A model generated the notes under the pieces. It worked only from the letters and a program-made list of their open reading frames with translations. It did not search any database and had not been told where the DNA came from. The position numbers and the translations under genes were made by a program. A stretch of 64,000 nt of DNA from the human T2T-CHM13v2.0 reference genome, Homo sapiens, in contig CP086569.2 in the NCBI GenBank assembly GCA_009914755.4, positions 40,512,001 to 40,576,000 on the forward strand. The letters run 5' to 3'. Each line of letters starts with the position of its first letter. Position 1 is the first letter of the stretch. Below are positions 58,001-64,000 of the stretch, one piece after another.

Positions 58001-58574
58001 GAATGGAAGTGAATAGAATCGAACTAAATCGAATGGAATGGAATTGATAGGAATGGAATGGAAAGGAATGCAATGATTTGCCATGGAATGGAATCGAATG
58101 GCATCGAATGGAATGGAATGGAATGCAATGGAATGGAATGTATTAGAATGTAATGAACTTTAATGGAATGTACTCGAATGGATTCGACTGGAATGGAAAG
58201 TTCTGGAAGTGAATGGACTCCAATGGAATGGCTTCAAAAGGAATGGAATCGTACGGAATGGAATCTAATGGAATGGAATTAAATGGAAATGAATCAAATT
58301 GAATAGCACGGAATTGAATTGAATGGAATCGAATGCAATGGAATCTAATGAAACGGAAAGGAAAGGAATGGAATGGAATGGAATGGGCTGGAATGGAAAG
58401 GAATCGAAACGAATGGAATGGAATCGAACTGAAGAGACTGGAATGGAATGCACTGGAATGGAAGGGAGTGTAATGGAAGGTTCTCGAAAAAAATGGAATC
58501 GAATGGAATGGAATTGAATGGAACGGAATGGAGTTGAATGGAATTGAATGGAATGGAATGGACTAGAGTGAAAT
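55006..58574 (+). repeat. HOR unit 17 (3,569 bp)
   Basis: Landmark at 55006. Confidence 0.9.
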
Positions 58575-61500
58575 GGAAACGAACCACAAGGAATGGACAG
58601 GAATAGAATGGTCTCGAATTGAATGGAATCGTATGGAATGGCATCAAACGGAATGGAATGGACAGCCACGGAATGGAATGCACTCGAATGCAATGGAGTC
58701 GAAACTAACGGACTGGAATAGAATGGACTCGACTGGTACGGACTCCAATGGAATGGAATCGAATGGAAGGGAATCGAACGGAAGGGAATCGAACGGAATG
58801 GACTCGAAGGGAAAAGACTGCAATGGAAAGGTCTCGAATGGAATGGAAATTAATGGAATGGAATGGAGTCGAATGAAATGGAGTCAAAAGGAATGGAATC
58901 GAATGGCAAGAAATCGAATGTAATGGAATCGCAAGGAATTGATGTGAACGGAACGGAATGGAATGGAATCCAAAGGAATGGAATAGAATGGAATGGAATC
59001 GAATGGAAAGGACTCGAATGGAAATCACTCGAATAGAATGCAATTTAATAAAATAGGATCAAATGTAATGGAATGGAATGGAAATGAATCGAAACGAAAG
59101 GAATGGAGACAGATGGAATGGAATGGAACAGAGAGCAATGGTATAGAATGGAATGGAATCATCTGGAATGGAATTGAATGGAATGGAATAATATGAAATG
59201 GAATGGAATGGAATGGAATGGAATGCCCTTGAATTAAATGGACTGGAATGGAATGGACTCAAACAGAGTGGAATGGAAAGTGTGGAGATAGAATGGAATG
59301 AACTCCTTTGGAATGGTCTAGTGGGCAATGCAATCGACTGGCAGGGAATCAAAAGGAATGTAATCGAATGGATTGGACTGGAATGCAATGGACTCGAATA
59401 GATTGGAAACGGAATGCAAAGAATGGAATGGAATAGTATGGAATGGAATGGAAAGGAATGGAGTGGAACAGACTAGAGTGGAATGGAATGGACTGGAAAG
59501 CAATGGACTGGAATGGAACTTTCTTGAATGGACTGGAATCAAACGGAATGGAATGCAATGCAATCAAATGGCATGGAATAAAATAGAATGAAAGAGAATC
59601 AAATGGAATTGAATCGAATGGAATCGAATGGATTGGAAAGGAATAGAATGGAATGGAATGGAATTGACTCAAATGGAATGGACTAGAATGGAATGGATTC
59701 GAATGGAAGGCAAAGGAATGGAATCTATTGGAATGGACTGTAATGGAATGGAATGGAAGGGATTGGAATGGACTCGAATGGAATGGACTGCAATAGAAAG
59801 GATTCGAATGGAATGAAAAAGAATTGAATGGAATAGAACAGAATGGAATCAAATCGAATGAAATGGAATGGAATAGAAAGGAATGGAATGAAATGGAATG
59901 GAAAGGATTCGAATGGAATGCAATCGAATGGAATGGAATCGAACGGAATGGAATAAAATGGAAGAAAACTGGCAAGAAATGGAATCGAAATGAATGGAGT
60001 GTTATGGAACGGACTCAAAAGGAATTGAATGTAATAGAATGGAGTGGAGTGGACTCGAATATAATGGACTGGAATGGAATGAAATCACATGGAATGGGAA
60101 CGAATGGAATGGAATGGAAAGGAATGGAATCGAATGGAAAGGAATCGAATGGAAGGGAATGAAATTGAATCAACAGGAATGGAAGGGAATAGAATAGACT
60201 GTAATGGAATGGACTCGAATAGAATGGACACGAATGCTCAAATTAAATGGACTCGAATGGAATGGAAACGAAAGGAATGTCATCGAATGGAATTGAATCG
60301 ATTGGAATGAAATCGCATAGAATGGAGTGGAATCAAATGGAATTGAATCGAAAGGAAAGGAAGCGAATGGACTGAAATGAAATGGAATGGAATTGAATGG
60401 AAAGTAATGCAATGGAATAGAATGGAACGAAATTTCACGGAATGGAATCAAACTGAATGGAATCAAATCAATGGAATCAAATCAAATGGAATGGAAAGGA
60501 ATTGAATGGAGTAGATGGGATTGGATGGGATTGGAATGAAATGTACTGGAAAGGACTCGAATTTCATGAAACGGAATGGAATGAATTGGAACGGAATGGA
60601 CTCGAATGGAATGGAATGTCATGGGATGGCATCAAATGGAATGGCATCAAATGGAATGGAATCGAATGCAATGGAATGCTATGGAATGGAATGGAATGCA
60701 TTGGAATGGAATGTCCTCTAATGGAATGGATTCGAGTGGAATGGAATTGAATATAATGGAGTCGAATGAAATGGAATTGAAAGGAATGGGATCGAATACA
60801 ATGGAATATACTGGAATGTAACGTAATGAACTCGAATGTAATTGACTGGAATGGAATGTACATGAATGGAATGTAATCGAATGGAAAGTAATCCAATGGA
60901 ATAGAATCTAATGCAATAAAATCGACTCAGATAGAGTAGAATGTAATGGAATGGAGTGCAGTGCAATGGAATGGAATGGAATGGAATGCAATGGAATGGA
61001 ATGGAATGGAATGGAATGGAATGGAATGGAACGGAATGGAATGGGATGGAATGGTATGGAATGGATAGTAATGGACTGGAGTGAAATGGACTGGAAAGGA
61101 ATGGACTCAAATTGAAAGGGCTCGAAAGGAATGGAGTCAAATGGAATGGTCTGGAATGGAATGAACACGAATGTAATGCAACCCAATAGAATGGAATCGA
61201 ATGGCATGGAATATAAAGAAATGGAATCGAAGAGAATGGAAACAAATGGAATGGAATTGAATGGAATGGGAACGAATGGAGTGAAATTGTATGCAGTAGA
61301 AGAGAATAGAATGGAATGCAAGCGAAAGGAAAGGAATGCATTGGAATGGAATGGAATTCATTGGAATGGAAGGGAATGTAGTGTAATGGACAGGCCTGGA
61401 ATAAAGTGGAATGCTACGGTCTCGAATGGAATAAAAATGTATGGAATGGAATGCAATGAAACGGAATCGAATGTCATAGAATGTAATGGAATGCAAAAAA

Positions 61501-62147
61501 ATGGAATCCAAAATCATTGACTGGAAAGGCTGGGTGTCGAAAGGAATTGACTCCAATGGAATGGAATCGAATGGAATGGAAGTGAATAGAATCGAACTAA
61601 ATCGAATGGAATGGAATTGATAGGAACGGAATGGAAAGGAATGCAATGATTTGGCATGGAATGGAATCGAATGGCATCGAATGGAATGGAATGGAATGCA
61701 ATGGAATGGAATGTATTAGAATGTAATGAACTTTAATGGAATGTACTCGAATGGATTCGACTGGAATGGAATGTTCTGGAAGTGAATGGACTCCAATGGA
61801 ATGGATTCCAAAGGAATGGAATCGTACGGAATGGAATCTAATGGAATGGAATTAAATGGAAATGAATCAAATTGAATAGCACGGAATTGAATTGAATGGA
61901 ATCGAATGCAATGGAATCTAATGAAACGGAAAGGAAAGGAATGGAATGGAATGGAATGGGCTGGAATGGAAAGGAATCGAAACGAATGGAATGGAATCGA
62001 ACTGAAGAGACTGGAATGGAATGCACTGGAATGGAAGGGAGTGTAATGGAAGGTTCTCGAAAAAAATGGAGTCGAATGGAATGGAATTGAATGGAACGGA
62101 ATAGAGTCGAATGGAATTGAATGGAATGGAATGGACTAGAGTGAAAT
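58575..62147 (+). repeat. HOR unit 18 (3,573 bp)
   Basis: Landmark at 58575. Here it reads ggaaacgaaccacaagg, one substitution from the usual form. Confidence 0.9.
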
Positions 62148-64000
62148 GGAATCGAACCACAAGGAATGGACAGGAATAGAATGGTCTCGAATTGAATGGA
62201 ATCGTATGGAATGGCATCAAACGGAATGGAATGGACAGCCACGGAATGGAATGCACTCGAATGCAATGGAGTCGAAACTAACGGACTGGAATAGAATGGA
62301 CTCGACTGGTACGGACTCCAATGGAATGGAATCGAATGGAAGGGAATCGAACGGAAGGGAATCGAACGGAATGGACTCGAAGGGAAAAGACTGCAATGGA
62401 AAGGTCTCGAATGGAATGGAAATTAATGGAATGGAATGGAGTCGAATGAAATGGAGTCAAAAGGAATGGAATCGAATGGCAAGAAATCGAATGTAATGGA
62501 ATCGCAAGGAATTGATGTGAACGGAACGGAATGGAATGGAATCCAAAGGAATGGAATAGAATGGAATGGAATCGAATGGAAAGGACTCGAATGGAAATCA
62601 CTCGAATAGAATGCAATTTAATAAAATAGGATCAAATGTAATGGAATGGAATGGAAAGGAATCGAAACGAAAGGAATGGAGACAGATGGAATGGAATGGA
62701 ACAGAGAGCAATGGTATAGAATGGAATGGAATCATCTGGAATGGAATTGAATGGCATGGAATAATATGAAATGGAATGGAATGGAATGGAATGGAATGCC
62801 CTTGAATTAAATGGACTGGAATGGAATGGACTCAAACAGAGTGGAGTGGAAAGTGTGGAGATAGAATGGAATGAACTCCTTTGGAATGGTCTAGTAGGCA
62901 ATGCAATCGACTGGCAGGGAATCAAAAGGAATGTAATCGAATGGATTGGACTGGAATGCAATGGACTCGAATAGATTGGAAACGGAATGCAAAGGAATGG
63001 AATGGAATAGTATGGAATGGAATGGAAAGGAATGGAGTGGAACAGACTATAGTGGAATGGAATGGACTGGAAAGCAATGGACTGGAATGGAACTTTCTTG
63101 AATGGACTGGAATCAAACGGAATGGAATGCAATGCAATCAAATGGCATGGAATAAAATAGAATGAAAGAGAATCAAATGGAATTGAATCGAATGGAATCG
63201 AATGGATTGGAAAGGAATAGAATGGAATGGAATGGAATTGACTCAAATGGAATGGACTAGAATGGAATGGATTCGAATGGAAGGCAAAGGAATGGAATCT
63301 ATTGGAATGGACTGTAATGGAATGGAATGGAAGGGATTGGAATGGACTCGAATGGAATGGACTGCAATAGAAAGGATTCGAATGGAATGAAAAAGAATTG
63401 AATGGAATAGAACAGAATGGAATCAAATCGAATGAAATGGAATGGAATAGAAAGGAATGGAATGAAATGGAATGGAAAGGATTCGAATGGAATGCAATCG
63501 AATGGAATGGAATCGAACGGAATGGAATAAAATGGAAGAAAACTGGCAAGAAATGGAATCGAAATGAATGGAGTGTTATGGAACGGACTCAAAAGGAATT
63601 GAATGTAATAGAATGGAGTGGAGTGGACTCGAATATAATGGACTGGAATGGAATGAAATCACATGGAATGGGAACGAATGGAATGGAATGGAAAGGAATG
63701 CAATCGAATGGAAAGGAATCGAATGGAAGGGAATGAAATTGAATCAACAGGAATGGAAGGGAATAGAATAGACGGTAATGGAATGGACTCGAATAGAATG
63801 GACACGAATGCTCAAATTAAATGGACTCGAATGGAATGGAAACGAAAGGAATGTCATCGAATGGAATTGAATCGATTGGAATGAAATCGCATAGAATGGA
63901 GTGGAATCAAATGGAATTGAATCGAAAGGAAAGGAAGCGAATGGACTGAAATGAAATGGAATGGAATTGAATGGAAAGTAATGCAATGGAATAGAATGGA
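62148..64000 (+). repeat. HOR unit 19, partial (1,853 bp, truncated by the window end)
   Basis: Landmark at 62148. The window ends inside the unit. Confidence 0.85.

Larger units (their letters stand above)
1..64000 (+). repeat. HSat3-type (GGAAT)n / (ATTCC)n satellite array, uninterrupted; G/A-rich strand is +
   Basis: Nearly every 5-mer is GGAAT or a 1-mismatch derivative (GGAAC, GGACT, TGAAT, CGAAT and similar). There are almost no C-rich or non-repeat stretches. Both strands lack stop codons over long runs, as expected for GGAAT/ATTCC. Confidence 0.95.

Noticed and set aside
1-64000. Regular direct repeats as a possible CRISPR array
   Set aside because: There are no unique spacers between the repeats. 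The whole sequence is the repeat (a 5-bp period within a 3.55 kb HOR). This is a eukaryotic satellite, not a repeat-spacer architecture.
1-64000. Alpha-satellite or centromeric array with CENP-B boxes
   Set aside because: No 171-bp periodicity and no CENP-B box (TTCGNNNNANNCGGG) are present. The basic period is 5 bp (GGAAT), which is diagnostic of HSat2/3-type pericentromeric or heterochromatic satellites.
1-64000. A hidden novel gene system, operon or defence island, as the task prompt suggests
   Set aside because: There is no non-repetitive sequence and no credible coding signal. No arrangement of distinct ORFs exists, only HOR copies. Claiming a biological system here would not be supported by the sequence.

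Overview
The whole 64 kb window is one uninterrupted tandem satellite array built from the pentamer GGAAT (the + strand is the G/A-rich GGAAT strand; the - strand reads ATTCC/CATTC). This is the simple-repeat family of human Satellite III (HSat3). The pentamers are organised into a higher-order repeat (HOR) of about 3.55 kb, anchored by conserved diverged landmark blocks that recur at fixed offsets in every unit. The window holds 18 complete HOR copies and one partial copy. Sixteen complete copies are 3,533-3,589 bp long, and two adjacent copies are 2,619 bp deletion variants. Each full-length unit has a single GGCC (HaeIII/StuI) site. The 3.55 kb period together with one HaeIII site per unit matches the classical description of the Y-chromosome long-arm satellite DYZ1 (3.56 kb HaeIII repeat, Yq12). 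I cannot confirm that locus without an alignment. I see no protein-coding genes, tRNA/rRNA genes, CRISPR arrays, transposon insertions or operon-like structure. Every ORF in the supplied six-frame track is an artefact of the stop-codon-free GGAAT pentamer: + strand frames read ...MEWNG..., - strand frames read ...IPFHS.... I therefore do not report a novel biological system here. What is worth a second look is satellite evolutionary dynamics: a recent 7.1 kb two-unit tandem duplication, a deletion-derived 2.6 kb unit variant that has itself duplicated, subfamily indels, and a variable-length pure (GGAAT)n tract.
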